Assembly: GCA_047495785.1 (NCBI GenBank)
Contig: JBLDXI010000003.1
Span: 3,906,001-3,970,000, forward strand
Reading direction: 5' to 3'
Length of the DNA: 64,000 bases
Source of the DNA: Lepidodermella squamata
Taxonomy: Eukaryota; Animalia; Gastrotricha
Part shown: positions 13,421 to 27,672 of the stretch, one piece after another
Layout of the letters: each line of letters begins with the position of its first letter
Position numbering within the stretch: the first letter of the stretch is position 1
Notes under the pieces: model-generated
Database searches by the model: none
What the model was told of the DNA's origin: nothing
The model's input: the letters and a program-made list of their open reading frames with translations, nothing else
Program-made: the position numbers and the translations under genes

Positions 13421-13515
13421 TAACAATTTTTCTCAATCATTCACGCATGCACAGTTTTAAAGCTCAAATAAATTCACTGCCAATTTTTACTCGAATAGGT
13501 TCAAATTATTTTAAA

Positions 13516-16500
13516 ATGGGCAAGAAACATTCGGAGACCAATAGATTCAGGGTAATGATTCAGATGAAATATAATGCAGATAATGCAACGATAAATTGAT
13601 TTTTTGTTGTTAGTTTCAATCGTTCACCGATCGAATTTCAGCCATCCGAATTGGAGCTAATGTCAAGATCAAGCGTTTCGATACGATTCCAGACGATGCG
13701 GAAACCTTTCTCGGCGAAAGTTTGCGGCGCTGGTCGACCATCAACTGCTCGAATGAATTCACGGCATTCGAGTGTCAAGTCACCCCGATTTCCGAGAGCC
13801 TTCCACTGGTATATTTGCATCGCGAAAAAATCGCGAAATTGTTCAAACAGCATCTCGAAAATGCGACAAAATTGTCCGTGGAAACTCTCTTAGAGTGAGT
13901 AGTTTTGCTCGGAAATTCCATTTAATCTTACGAGTTTTATTTTAGCTTATTGGTCCACTTCGCTCGCGATCTTTCAAGCGAGTTTGTACCTTTCGCTCAA
14001 GACTTCGTCCGCCTTATGGTGACGATTTCGCTTAAAAATCAGAAAGACCCAGAGGTTCTCGAGTGGTCGTTCTCCTGCTTGGCTCATTTGATGAAGCTTC
14101 TTTGGAAGTATTTTACGGAACATCTCGAACAATTTCTGGAGATTATTCTACCCACTTTCCACGCAAAATTACCTGCATACATTAGGCAATTTTCGGCCGA
14201 GGCGTTTGCTTTCTTAGTCCGGAAATCGAATGATTTGCTCAAAACTATTCGATACATTGCTGAAGGGCAGGTTTTGGCTCACCCTGATTGCGCTTACGGC
14301 TTGGGTCTTGTCGTTTTCGAGGTCGTTCGTGGTGCTAATAAAACACTTCTGCCCTGTACGGGTGATATAATCAAACTGCTCATCGACCTTTGCACTGCAG
14401 AGGGCGGCGACTCGGCTGCCCAAGCCGAGTTTTGTCAAATCGTCCTAAATTCATGTGCAGAGCATATTTCGCCGCAAAATGCTGATGTGATTTTTAAGCT
14501 GCTCCTGAACCATTTGAGCTCAACTGCATCGGCTAATTCTTGCGAAAGTGTAGGCCATGCTCAATGCTTCATCAATACCTGGCTAGCATACCGTCGGGGC
14601 ATGCACTGCTGCGACGCGAATGCGATCGCTAAAGCAGCGGTTGACTCACTGGTCTGGCATAACCAACACGAGGAATGCTGCCAGAACTTGCTGTCGATCC
14701 TATCGAGTGTGGTTGATTTGGAAACAAATTGTCTGCCAGCTATGCAGTGCTATTTACACGTGAAAAACTTGTTTGATCTTCCGATTTCTAAAGCAATGTT
14801 GTTCGATTTTGCTCTGGATCACGTGACTTCCCCGATGTTCGCGACCAGCTTTCTACCTCACATTCTGAGCTTCCTCGTCAAATTCAGTGCGAAAGAGAAG
14901 GAAAGACTGACAAAGGAGCCGCAAAAGAGTAATGATGAGTACGATTTGTGCGAACCTGATATTCCAGATGACGAAGAGAAAGAAGAAGAGTCGGAGAATT
15001 TTGTTCGTGAAAGCTTGTTGGCGATTTTGTCAAAACTTGCGCTGCAAGATTCCACTGAAAAAGTGGTTATCCCTGACCTGATTCTAAAACAGCTATCGAA
15101 AATCCTAGACTCGGAAGCGTCGGAATTGCCGGTTGTTTGGTCCGTGGCTGTTATAACGCGGAAATTCAACCTTCTTGATGCAAAATGCGACTCGACCATT
15201 ATGTTAGCTGAATCCCTCGAAAAATTCTGTAAAACCGCCAAGTCCAAGCTTCTGTCGAAAGAAGAATTGGAAACAGTTAGTTGACGATTTTTTAAGATGG
15301 ATTTTTTGTAATGCTTTAAATTTTGTTAGGATGAAGCTCGTCGTATATTTTTAGCCGTTGGTGAAATCGCGAAATGTTTCGAATCATTGGGAAGAGCAGG
15401 ATTCGAAAAGCGAACATCTTTTTCTTGGAAAGACGGCCTTGCTTTGCTAAAGAAGTATCCGCACAACCTTTTCTGTCTAAGCCTCGTCAAAACAGTTATT
15501 GACGCGATTTCAGAAGGTATTCTCGAGTGTTTAGTAATTTAGTATATGAATATAATTTATTTCGGTTTCAGAAAGCGTTGAAGTTTACAAGGAGTACTTT
15601 CAACAACTGGAGGAAAATCTTGCAAGCCCGCTTCCTGATGCTCGAGAGTATTCACTGCATATCTTGGAACGGCTGAGTCGTGGAATTTACCGTGATCACT
15701 CAAAGACTACTAAGAAACCAGGCGTGAATGTCATCGCGACGTTGCTGGCTGCCGAACGAACTCCAGCGGACTTGCAAAGCTTCAAAAATCGCCTGAATCT
15801 ACTCGGTAAATTACGCGCTGAAATCGTCGGAAACCAGCCGGATAATATCAATTGGCAGCGGCTTTGCCTGTTTTCATTCGTCGGCCAGCTGACCATTGAT
15901 TTCACGGCTTTGCATCAACCGATTGGGGAGTTACTCGCGAGCTATGTTGAGCACATCCCTCGCGATAATTTCTGGGCTGTTTTCGCGAAATTGCTAAACG
16001 AAGCCCATGAAAAAGCCTCCTCGCCTGCTGATATTGAGCCGGAAAATGATGAGGAACTGACTTTCGAACTCGCGTCAACTTGCGCTGATTTGATGAAAGT
16101 CAGTGTTGCTGATGTGAAAAAGCGGTCGTTCTACACGGGTTGGCACACATTGCGCGTTCGGCAATGGGAGGCATTACGAAGCTTTCGAGTCGAAGATCTT
16201 GAACCTAGTTCTCGCCATTACGTTCCAGTTTTCTTGGACTTTGTCGAAACTTCATTTCCGAACATCGTATCCGCTACGTCTATGCCTGTTGTAAATTTAG
16301 TTGTCGCACCGAGTTCGGATAAGAAGGAGAGAAGGATCGCGGCCGGGTCATTTGGCGAGCGGAGGCATTGTCTCGTCACTATGTTGAACGTTTTCAGCAA
16401 GTTGCGTCATCGAAGCCAACTTATTTCTGCTGATAAAATCGTAGCTGCAGTCTTCCGATTGCTGAAAATTCCAAGACCCGAACTTCAAAAGCCAGCTCTT

Positions 16501-19500
16501 GAATTCTTGATCAACACCAATTGGCCTGGAATTGCGGCCTATAAAGACATGCTACTCGACATACTTGACGCTAAAAAATACCGAAATAGTTTGCTTGAAT
16601 TCGGAAATTTAGCTTCAATGGGCGAAAATGACCGCAAGAACCTACTTCCCATCCTTCTCCGCCTTCTTTTCGGCCAGATGCATTATGTAAAGAACAAGAA
16701 ACGAAGCGGGAAAACTGGTTACGCGAAAAAATCAGCTGCTCTTTCGTTCCTAGCTAACATTGCAGCCAGCGAAGTATCGATTTTCGTCGATATCATGCTC
16801 GAACCATTTAGAGCCTCTGAAAAGTGGTTTGCAAGCGTGTTCGATCAGTCTGAAGGGGATTTTGTCGCTAAATCGCTGTCATGTGGCATTGACTTGATGG
16901 CTTTCCCATCTACCGAATTGCAATTCTGGTTTTTCCATACTTTCATTAATTCACTGGAAAATCTGCACAACGTCTCGTCTCAAAATTGGCGGTTATTCTT
17001 CCGAATTGCAGTTGTCTTGTACTCATTCGTTACCAAAGTTCTGAATGAATCGGCTGAATCAATCGATGGAGAGCATGGGAAACGGTTGCGGCGTTTGAGG
17101 AAACTGGCATTCAAGAGTTTTGCCGTGTTTTTCCAGCGCAGGGGTGATAACATCGAAGACTGGACGAATGACGTTGAAATTACCGCCTTTTTCGATCACG
17201 TCGTTTGGCCAGAATTCAAGCGGTGCGATGTCGTGACTAGTGGAAGCGAGTTGTTACCTTTGATTTCACTGGCTACGATCTGGGCGAGTGATTACTCGCT
17301 GAAGCACTCCCTTCTTATTCGTGAAAAGCCAGGATCATCCAGCAAAGAGACATTTCTTTCGACCCTTTTTGATTCTACCCGCAAATCCAGCGCTGCATCG
17401 GCCGAATCTTCAGTGGACCTCAAAATCATCGATGCTTTCATGCAGTTTTTTGAGAAATTGCTACCGCCTCTTCGGCCAGAGCCGATGGAAGCAGATGAGC
17501 AGCAGGAGGCTGATGATTTCTCCGAAAAGGTTTTCGCGCATCGAAGTGTCATCATTTCGATGGTCTCGAGTATTCTCAATTCATCGAAAAAGAGTAAATT
17601 GTGTCGGAAACGTGTGCCGAAAGCTCTGTCGATTTTCCAACGCGTGACTACTGGCGTCGATGACCCGCATTGTGCGAATGAGGTTTTCCAACTCCTCATC
17701 TCAATGCTGTCATCCGGGTCACTTCCAACCGGCGAATCGCAAACGTCCGCCTTAAAATCGGTGCTCGAAGTTGTCCCAGTTCTTGAGTCTGTGAGCCAGG
17801 CTCAAGCGAATATGATTGCTATTTGTTTTTCTCGAATTTCGGAACGCCATTCTCGAGCTCAACTATGTGCGCTTCTCGAGCTTTTATCGCAAAAATTGAT
17901 ACCTCAATGCGCTAGGGTATCTAAACTGATTCAACAGCTTAATTCCTGGAGCCGGAAACTCGAAGAACCGGACTATGAAACTCGCCTGAGTGCCTTTGCG
18001 GAATGCTGCAGTGTTTTGAAGGCCGAAAATGAGAAATTGACTTTCCATCCGATTGAAGTTACTTTCCTGCTCAATAACTGTCTTTACTTCCTTCTTAACG
18101 TTGAAGATTTCTCAATTCGAGCCAATTCGTCCGAACTGGTTGAGGCGATCATTCACTGGGCTGGTTCGTCAAATGAAACAACAGCAACTGCGAGAAAATT
18201 GACTGTCAGTGCGGTTATTGCGGCTTGTGGGCGCGGAGTCCAGCATAAAAGTGACGTGGTTCAGCAGGAATTTCTGCGAGTTTTAGCGAAATTGGTTCGA
18301 ACGTTCCCCGACAACGCTTCGCTCACTGGTTTGTCTCAGTTGATTGATAACGACCCCGAGGCGGATTTCTTCGAAAACATGCGGCATCACCAACACCATC
18401 GCCGCGCTAGAGCGATGCGGAAATTGGCCGGCATCATCCAGCAACAAATTTCTGAGGGGGCTAGTGTCGATCCGAACAAATCGATAAGTCTCAGGGCCTT
18501 GACGACTTTCATCATGCCGTTGGCCCAGATGCATCTGATCGCCGCAGCCTCGGGCTCGGTTAAAACTGTAATGGTTGATGCGTCACTTGAATTGTTGAAG
18601 GCTTGCTGTAAACTACTCCCATGGCCGACGTACTACCGCTTGCTTTCGAAATTTCTGTCGCAATTGATTGCTGGAAACGTCGAGAAAATCACCTTCAATA
18701 TCAGGGCGGTTGTCGCGATTCTCGATGCGTATCATTTCGTATCGTACGCCGAGAAAGACGGTGGCAAATCCATGGACCTGGAAGAAGTGGAAGCCCCGAA
18801 GTCGGCAGAAATTAAGAAGGATAGTGATAAAGCGGTGCTGAAAGCGATTCGTGAACAAGTCATACCGAATCTGATCGAAGCTGTAAATGCTCAGTTACTA
18901 CCAGGTGCTCTCGCCTCGGGTCAGTGTGCTATTATTCCGTTGACTATTGCAGCCGTCCGCCTATTAATCCACTGTCCAACAGCGTATCGAAAGGCTACAG
19001 TGCCTACGATTATTTTGAAATTGGAAGATTTTCTTAAATCGAAATTTCTCGAAGTTCGTCAGGCTGCTAGAAAATCGCTATGCCAGATCTGTGTCGCGCT
19101 TGGTCCGTCTCAAATCGGTTGGATTATTCGAGATTTGAAGATCAGCTTGACTCGCGGCTATCAGCGTCACGTGCTGACTTTCACTGTCGGTGAGCTCGTT
19201 CGAACTGTGCAACCGCTATTCCAACCGGGCCAACTCGATTCTTGTATTAAGGAAGTTGTTCAAATCTTCTGTACAGAACTTTTCACGGTTCTGTCCGAAG
19301 AAAAGGAGGCGGATTGTAAAATTTCTGGTAAATGGCCTGAGGCGAAGCGACGTGCTAGCTTACACGCCTACCCCATTCTTGCTAACCTGGTTAGTAAGGC
19401 GTCGGTAGAAGTGTATTTGAACCCATTGAGAGAAATTCTATTAACATCAACTGATAGCGAAAAAATCCGGAAAGCTCGTCAAGTTTTGCATCTGGTCGTG

Positions 19501-21948
19501 CCAATTTTGGCCCAGAACCCGGGTATTGCCCTCGCCGATCTTGTCGCGTTAGCTAGAAGCTGGCTACAAGCGGCGAGTAGAACTCGGGATAACAAAAAAC
19601 CGGACTTGAAACCGAATGAAAAACCAGAATCTGGTCTTCTTGAGCCTAGACCTCAACCCTCGCAGTTGTTGCCTCCAAAGCCGGCACGATTGGGGCTGGC
19701 TATGCCTGTCATGACTCATTCAGTGAACAGCTTCGTTTTAGCTGAGTTCGGCCTGCGACTCCTTTTCAGTTTAATCAAACACAATCGATTGAGTGATTCG
19801 AGTATTGAGGTGGCTTTCGAAGGCGATGAGTCGAAAATCAATGAATTCGCTGCTGAAGTGCATTCAATGATGAAGCTGGGCGAAAACGAGGCTGTTCTCT
19901 ATGCCGCTCTTCAACTCTCCTCGACTTTATTGACATTCAAGGTCCCGGCCTTCACCAGCCGTTTAAATTCACTGGCTGATTCCGTTTTCGAGTTATTGAA
20001 AGCCGAATTACTGCAGAAAAATACGCAAAGTCGCTTATTAGTCGCTTGTTTTAAGGCGGCTGTAACTTTGGTCGAAATCGCGCGTTCTGACGAAATCAAA
20101 AAGGTGAATCGAGTCGGGCTAGATTCTGAGCAAATCGATGCTTTGTTGGTTTGCATTGACGAAGCCTTGCTCGGCGATCGCCAGGGTGTTTGTGCCCTTC
20201 AATTGCTCAAAAAATTGCTGGATACCTCTACGAAATCTGTTCAGCTGGCTGAAATCATCAACGGTACGATCACGAAGCAGGCATTACGCGGTCGAGATGA
20301 ACATCAACCGCTAGCTCGTGGGTGTATTCTCTCATACATGCTGCACTACCCAGTTGGCCAGAAAAATCTAGATTCAATGACTGAAACTTTCATCAGTGTA
20401 CTTGCCTCTGAAACTGGAGAGCCATATGTTATCAAATCTGCGTTGGAAATGGTTTTTATGATGGTTTCGCATTTCCCAGAGGTTCGTATTTTCGAGATCA
20501 TTAATTTTCTTAATTTAATGCATATTTTTTGAAATTTTCAGAAAGAGGTCGAAAGGAGATGTGCAGTGCTTTTCCTGCCAGTAGCTGCGCTGTTCGTCAA
20601 CTCGAAAGAGGTCGACATTCGAGAACTCGCGAACGTCGTGCTTGTCAAACTTCTTTCACGCGTCTCTCAAGCTCGCCGCGATATGCTGTTCAAAGAAATG
20701 GTCCAACCCTGGCTATCGTCCGGCAAACAGCTGAAGCAGCAGCTGGCCAGTCTCGTTATCGCAGTTTTTCTCGAGGCCGAAACTAGCAAATTCGAAAGCC
20801 GTTTGGCGAACGTGATGCCATCGCTTGTCGATTTGCTGGATTCGAAAATTCAGCAAAAATCAACGGACGACGAGGAGAAGGATGAAGAGAAAGAAAACGA
20901 TGAGTTGATGGATAGCAACTACGAGCCGCCATTGGACGACTCACTTGACGGCTTAATCTATTCAATCGCCTCGACGCTGGTTAAACTGGTTCGCCAATTC
21001 AAGTTGCAAGCGATTTCGGCGTGCTCCAAGGGTTTCCCGCAATTTATCGCGATTGCTATGAAACTTTCACTCCATGCCCATAGCTGGATTCGTTGCCAGA
21101 TCGGCTATTTGTGGTTCGAGTTGTTCCAATCAGTTGAACTCGCCGATTTCTTGAAGGCGGCGAAGTTGAGTCTCGGTGAACCTGGAAACGTTAAAACCTT
21201 GTGTCGAAGGGTAGTGAACCAACTTCTTACGAAGGGAATCGCGCCAGATTTTGCTGATAAAGTGGCGTTGAACTGCGTTTACTTGACTCGAGTCCTCCTT
21301 AAAACCGGGGATGCTGAAATGCTTGCGTGGTTGTGTCGTCGCGTGGTTCGAATCGCCATGGCCGAGTCGATTTACGAGTCGAAATACTCGTGTTTGAAAC
21401 GAACCTGCGTCTTCAAGTGGATGGCTGCTTTTGTTTCTGACCTGTCAAATTCTGCGAAATTGAAAGATAAGGCGGCTGATTTTCTCTCAATTCTCGCTGT
21501 ACCGCTAGCCCGAGAATTGAAAGAAACGCCAATTCTTGGCAACACGATGCCTGAAAATATGGAAGATGATGCAGACAAACAAATTGACGAAAGCGATGAA
21601 GAAACGTTGGCTGAGCGGTCGAAGGCGAAAGACGATCCTATTGCGAAGCAACTGAAGCCGATTTGTCTCGAACTTGCCGATTTGTTCAGGAAAACATTTG
21701 GGGTCAAAATGTTCACTGCTGCGTTGAATACCGCAATGAAAAAGGCGGCGGAAAATCGTCTGAAACGTAACGCCGAGCGGGCTTCGTTAGCGGTAACTGA
21801 TCCGGCTAAGGCTGCCAGAATTAAGGCGTTCAAGCAAGTTTCGAAGCGTGAGGCGCGGAAACGAAGAGTAGCTGATGATAAGGCGAATCGTGGTGTCGAT
21901 GTGAAGAGCCGCAAGAAGACGCAGCGGTTCGACGTCGAAGCGGAGTGA
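13516..21948 (+). CDS. UTP20: Small subunit processome component 20 (HEAT-repeat protein)
   Basis: MGKKHSETNRFR|FQSFTDRI start; DPEADFFENMRHHQHHRRARA, LTRGYQRHVLTFTV and DPAKAARIK motifs; ~2,700 aa over about 6 exons. Confidence 0.95.
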
Positions 21949-22751
21949 AAATTTGTTGTTTAGACTAGCATTAATAGATCTTATATAAAATTATTGTTGT
22001 TGAAATTATGATTCTAGACAATTCTGAGTGAGACAGACAGAGTGTACGTCTGACAGATTTTTTATTTTCTCGGTTCGTGCACTGGTGCCAGGATGACGAT
22101 GTATGGAGCTTTATAACAAATAATGTGCAAAATCAAATAAAATCGAGAAGGATGACTTTCAGCCTTTTTTACCCGATGAGACTGCAAAATGCAATCTAAC
22201 ACTTTCTGTTGTTTTTTGAATGAAACAGAGACCTACATACGAACTGCCGCAAGGTCGCGATTTATACCAAACAACCAGTTTTTGTGATGAAAATTCCAAA
22301 ATATCCGAAATTCACGGTCGAAGCTGGTGCTTGGGAAAGCTTCACATAGCATTATGAAAGAAAACACCTCCCCACCGATATTTAGACGAAGGAAAGGGCG
22401 GTTTGAAACCTAAAAAATATTCCGAAACTAACGTTTCTCTGATCTCCGCGATAAACAACAAGAAAAATGAGCTCAACCCCACGAAATAAAAAAAATTTAC
22501 ACCGAAACGATATTTTATTTTCTTCAAACAGCAACAGTCCTGAAATAAATAATGAATGGTCCTCAACCTCAGCAAATAAATATGACATATTCTACATGCT
22601 GTATGTCATCAGATTAACAATCCTATAATTATTATCAAGCCATCATTCATCTGTCTTTAATGAAACTAAGCAGCCAAAATAGCAGCCGATTTTCAGCCCG
22701 GCAAGAAAGCTCATTGTTAAAGTTGTTGAAAGCCGTAAATTCTAGAATTTT

Positions 22752-25700
22752 TCAGTAGTTGACCAAAATGAAAGCAATAGTCCCGATAACAACTCCAGTG
22801 GCAGCAACGATTGCGATGCGCTTCAACGTGAAAATTTCGGCCATTTTCGCAACAATCGACTTCTCATCCTCGTCATCATCGTTTTTATTCCGATTCCGCC
22901 TACCCTTCCGCTGCCGGACTTCATTTGCCGTCAGTTCAGAATCAGCCGCGCCAGATTCCTGCTGACTATTGGCCTGTTTCTCAGCAGCTTGCTTCAATTT
23001 TTCAGCCTTCAAAGCTTCTGCTTTGGCTTGGCAAACTTCGTCGCAAGGCAAGGCGGGTGGCTCCTTGCCATCCAAATACTGACCCAAACATTTTTCGGTC
23101 TGTTTGATTCGACGGCAAGAACAGCGGCGAGTAATATTCTCGGCGCAAGTCGGAGCTTGTTCGCATTTTTCAGGGTGACACTTGGCGAAACAGCGATGGC
23201 CACAAGGCATCTTGAGTTCAAAATAATTAAAAACATGCCTTGAAATATTTCAATTTCCCATACATTCTGAGCACATCGATTGCCGCAGCTGAGCAGGGCG
23301 CTTTTCTTGAGTTCAGCCTCTCCGCCAACAGCCGTGAGTTTGAAACACTCAATAGCCAGCGTCATTTGATCGCAATGGCAGCGCTTTGGAATGACTCGTT
23401 TGCAAGGCGGACAGGTATTCGGGTGGCACCCAGCCAGAGCACACGGGTGGGAGCACCCCTGAGGGCGCGGCTGCTCACAATTCGCCGAACAATCGTCACA
23501 ACGCTGAAAAATAAGAACATATTCATGTGAAAACATCCAAACTTTTAAGGAGGATTTTCTCACCTGATTTGGTCCATGGCAAGATTTCTCGCAAGTATGA
23601 TGACCGCAAGTAAGCGGTCTGCCGCATTTTCGGTGGCACGATTCAGGTTTCGCCTTACAGCACGGCATTTTTGTGACTTCGTGCCCGCCTAAACACGTCA
23701 CGTCAACCGGGTGTTGGCACGGCGGGCAGGGCAGAGATTTTCGCTCGAATCGTGCTTCGGCCTGTTTCAACATCCACGGGCCCTGCGGTTGCGATCTCAG
23801 CTGGGCTTCTTTCGCTTCGTCCTTGATTTGAACCAGCACCCAATCGTGGCAGATTGCTTCGCAGGTATGCCCGCATTTTGAGCCGCTCAAGGCTGCACCA
23901 CACTGCGTTTTGCAGGGTGGGCAATCGCCGAAATGGCACTTGTGAGGTACCACTTCGTGACGGCAGTGCGACGGCTTCTGGCACAGCAATGAACAACGCG
24001 GTGGTTTCACGTTTTTCGTACCGCATGGCACTCGAAGTGAAGTTTTGCCGCAATCGCAGGACAGCCTGATAATTTCAGTGCATGGGTAGCATCGGCCGCT
24101 AAAAAAAAAAAAAATATACATGATGTATTTCAATTAATCTATTATAATCAAGACTCTCATTTGTCTAAGATAAATGGCCGTTGAAATGGCCAAAGTGTTA
24201 CAAGGGCTTTTGCTTCAATCCGGCCTTTTATCTTGATGAATTTAAGCGAGAAAATTGTTGGTATGCACGACTTTTGAGCGTAGTAAAGTAATGGTACCGC
24301 CACTTTCATGGCAGTTTGAGCATTAAACTTGACATTAATTTCGATAGAATTTCTTCGAGAAAGCCGCCGAGGAAGACAGCATTACAAAACCAACTGTAAT
24401 AATCGTAATATTTACATCGTTCATGGCGATGCTTATGGTTCGATCGCCTACGAGGACGATTTCTGCGTTCTTCGCAAGCTGCTCAAAAGCTGTTTTTTGC
24501 TCGAAAACTCCTGGTTCAAAGGGCAATCTTTGGTCGTTGTCCTTTGTAATTGTTTTTCAGGTGGGGCCCTGGACGGCAGTCCTTGAGGTTATTGGCGAGG
24601 GAATCGCCGATCCCATCAAGAACACATTTGGAATCTGCTCATTCATTGCGCTTGCCATGACGACAAATTTCCTCCCACTGCGATACAGTTCAACTTCGAA
24701 AACGGCTGCTCCTTGGAGGAAATTCACCATTCACCAAATAATAATACTAATAAATTATTTAATTTCAAGTTTTCATAAGATCGCAAAGGACTGTTCCCCC
24801 TGGCTCACCCGAGCACCTTGACGCCGTGGCCAACTTAGAATTATGCTCAATGCTCAACCGTTGGTTCGATATACTCAATAATTCCAACGAATTCGATTAT
24901 AACTCGTTCACCACTTCGACCTACGACCGCTTCGATTGGCTTCAAAACACCTTATTGTCACGAATGGGAAAATGGCGAAATGACACCAAGCAACATCCAT
25001 GTGACAGCAATGTATTCCCGGCCCACACATTCAAAAGCGTCATCAAGTCTGCTTCTTGAATTTTATCCGTCACCCGACGCATTCTCGATCTGAGTGTGAA
25101 TTTCGTCCTCAAAATCGTTTTACCTAATAACGACCCGGACGAGCAGTTTGTTCTGTTCTAGACGTGTTGCAGAATTTTGGGTTTAGATCCCCTCTCAGCA
25201 ACATAAACCTTTTCCAATTAAGGAAAATGAGTTAAGCCACAACTCAAAGGACGATCTTCCATTAATTTGTTTCAAGAAGAATTCATTAAGTCTCGATGGA
25301 AGTAATTGGCTTGTTCGTTGGAATCCCGAAATTCTTCCGTGAATTCATCAAAAAGTTCAACCTGCCCCAGTCAATCCTACCTGACATTGTCATCTCAGTT
25401 ATTAAGGACTCATGCAAAATAATTAATAACCTCCTGTACAACAAAAATTGTTAAATGTAAATATCCGTGTCTCTAGGCAATCTGATACTTAGTATTGGAC
25501 GGAACATTGATTTTTTTCAATTAACTAATGCTAATGAAATGGGATTTTAATATTATCTATTCGCTTACTTGTGACAGCGACTTTGGCATTTGTGCTTTCC
25601 ACATGCAAGTTGTCGGTTACACACATTATCACACGGCGGACAGTGGCCGGGCGGGCAGCATTTTCGCTTGCACGGGTGGCGCCCGCAGTCGCGCATTTTC

Positions 25701-27088
25701 GGGCACTTTGTCTCACAAGTAACTTCGCCAGCAGTCGCCTGGCAGCAAACAACATTACGTTGTTTAGCCCCACATCGGCACTTCGCTTTGACCATCTCTT
25801 TACAATCGCCGCACGAGCCGACGTGGCAACGCTGGTAGCAACGATGCTCACCACAAGCCAGCGGTTTCTCGCAGGTTTCAAGGCAAGCGGGTGATGTTTC
25901 GACATCGCAGTCCAGTCCGGATATCGACGTCTTCCCACACGGGCAGTAACGGGGTAGGGTCAACGGGCAAGGTGGGCAAGGCCCGGCCGGGTGGCATATT
26001 GCCTTGCAGACATGACGCCCACATGGCAGCTTTTTCCCGCATGGCTGGTCGCAAAGCCATTCGCCGTCGGAGCAAGGTCGCTTTTCGGACTTGCGGCCAC
26101 ATCGGCAGGTTCGGGTGACGCTTTCCGAGCAACTTTCGCATTGACCAGAGTGGCAAACTACTGAGCAAATGTGGCGCTGACATGTCAACTTTTTGCCGCA
26201 TTTTTGGTTGCACGACCAGTCGCGATCGACGCAGCGATGCGGCACCGGTTGAGATTTGCCGCAGAAACAAGTGGTTTGAACGAAAGCCGGGCAAGGTGGG
26301 CAAGGACCTAAACGAAAAAATATATAAAGACTATAACAAAGATCCCCTTAACGGAAATTTCGGCCACATGAAGTAAGAATGAAGTTTAGAATATGAGAAA
26401 AACAATTAATCTTACCAGGGTGACACAACAAGAGACACGTATGAGCACACTTTGGCTTCAAATTTCGGCCGCAAACTTGTCCACACGAATGAGGAAGAAG
26501 CCACAGGTCAGGCTCCGGATCACGAGTTTTGGCACAGTAACACAGGTAAGCAGTTGGGGCTTGAATAGGTGTGTATTCAAAGCGGCATTTTGGGCTGGAA
26601 AAAGTTGTCATTAATCATAGGTTTGAAACGAATCCTACAAAAATCACACACCAATTCCAGGGCACAGTTTCAGGTTGAGGAGCAGGTGAGTTGAAATCAA
26701 CAGCAACTCGTTGGTAAACACCTTCGCGAATCCATCTTTGGATGCAGACCAAGTGGAAAATTCCAAAGCAATTCGAGCAATTCCAAGTCTATGAAGCCAA
26801 GAATGAACATATTAATGGCTGGTTTCTCAAGATATTTCCACTTACAGCTTCAGTTTTCCTCACTTCTTCAATGCAAACCAGACAGGCGGCTAAGCCGCTC
26901 ATCATGAAATCCGCAACCTGCTGTCCCACATTTCCCGAACTTTGACTGTAGCCATTAGTTAACTTTCCCAGGGCCAGCGAAAAATCTTCAGATGGCTCTT
27001 CACTCTCATCTTCATGCTGCTGAGCCAACAAGACCTTCGAAATGGCCGCCTGGTGTTGCTGCTGGGCTTGCAGAAATTTCTGCGACAT
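22752..27088 (-). CDS. NFXL1: NF-X1-type zinc finger protein NFXL1
   Basis: RING (CLVCIEEV...[15 protein letters not shown]), [17 protein letters not shown], many NF-X1 repeats (CG.H.C...CH.G.C) and a C-terminal TM helix; large intron ~24099-25568. Confidence 0.95.
24330..25160 (+). mobile_element. Degenerate P-element/THAP9-like DNA transposase remnant in NFXL1 intron
   Basis: Broken frames include [18 protein letters not shown]...[13 protein letters not shown] and [11 protein letters not shown], resembling the P/THAP9 motifs N.WFDI.NS and L.QD.LE.FF; stops and frameshifts present. Confidence 0.55.
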
Positions 27089-27253
27089 CCAGCTTATTCA
27101 ACCACCCTAAAATATGAAAAAATACCGCTATCAATTTCATCGTCATATTTTTCAAACAATTTTATTAAGAAGATCACATGATAATAAGATAATAATGATA
27201 AGACAAATCGAAGTGTAATCGAAGGTATTTCTTATAGGCGAAGCGTAAGAATT

Positions 27254-27637
27254 TTAGAGTGAAAGTTCGGATAGCGGCTGCTTTAACGCAGCGACAACTG
27301 AGACTAGTTTCGCTTTTATCAAACCATATTCAACACTGGCATCTGTTTGAAGACACATTAGTAGATTGCCAACAACTCGAGCGACGCCGATTCGACCTCG
27401 CTCGCATTCGAAAAGCAGCACACTCAGTTGATCGTCACATAGCGCGGCCCGGCCGTGTTTCTCGAATGTAGTCCAGGCACTCGAGACAATTGCACATAGC
27501 ACCCGCACATCTGCAGCAGCAAGTTGATGATGACTCAACAAAGCACCGTCGACATTCATCAGAGCAGCACATGTAACACCGGGTGTCGTTGAAAAAGCCT
27601 CGCCTAAAACGGCGTTCAAACCTTTAGCTTTAAGCAT
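27254..27637 (-). CDS. LAMTOR2: Ragulator complex protein LAMTOR2 (roadblock/LC7)
   Basis: MLKAKGLNAVL...LMNVDGALL...AIVSSAW...ECERGRIGVARV..LLMCL...YGLIKAK...L.QPL aligns along its length with LAMTOR2. Confidence 0.93.
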   Translation of the reverse strand: MLKAKGLNAVLGEAFSTTPGVTCAALMNVDGALLSHHQLAAADVRVLCAIVSSAWTTFEKHGRAALCDDQLSVLLFECERGRIGVARVVGNLLMCLQTDASVEYGLIKAKLVSVVAALKQPLSELSL

Positions 27638-27672
27638 CTATGAAAGGAAACACGAATTGGGGAAAATAAAAT

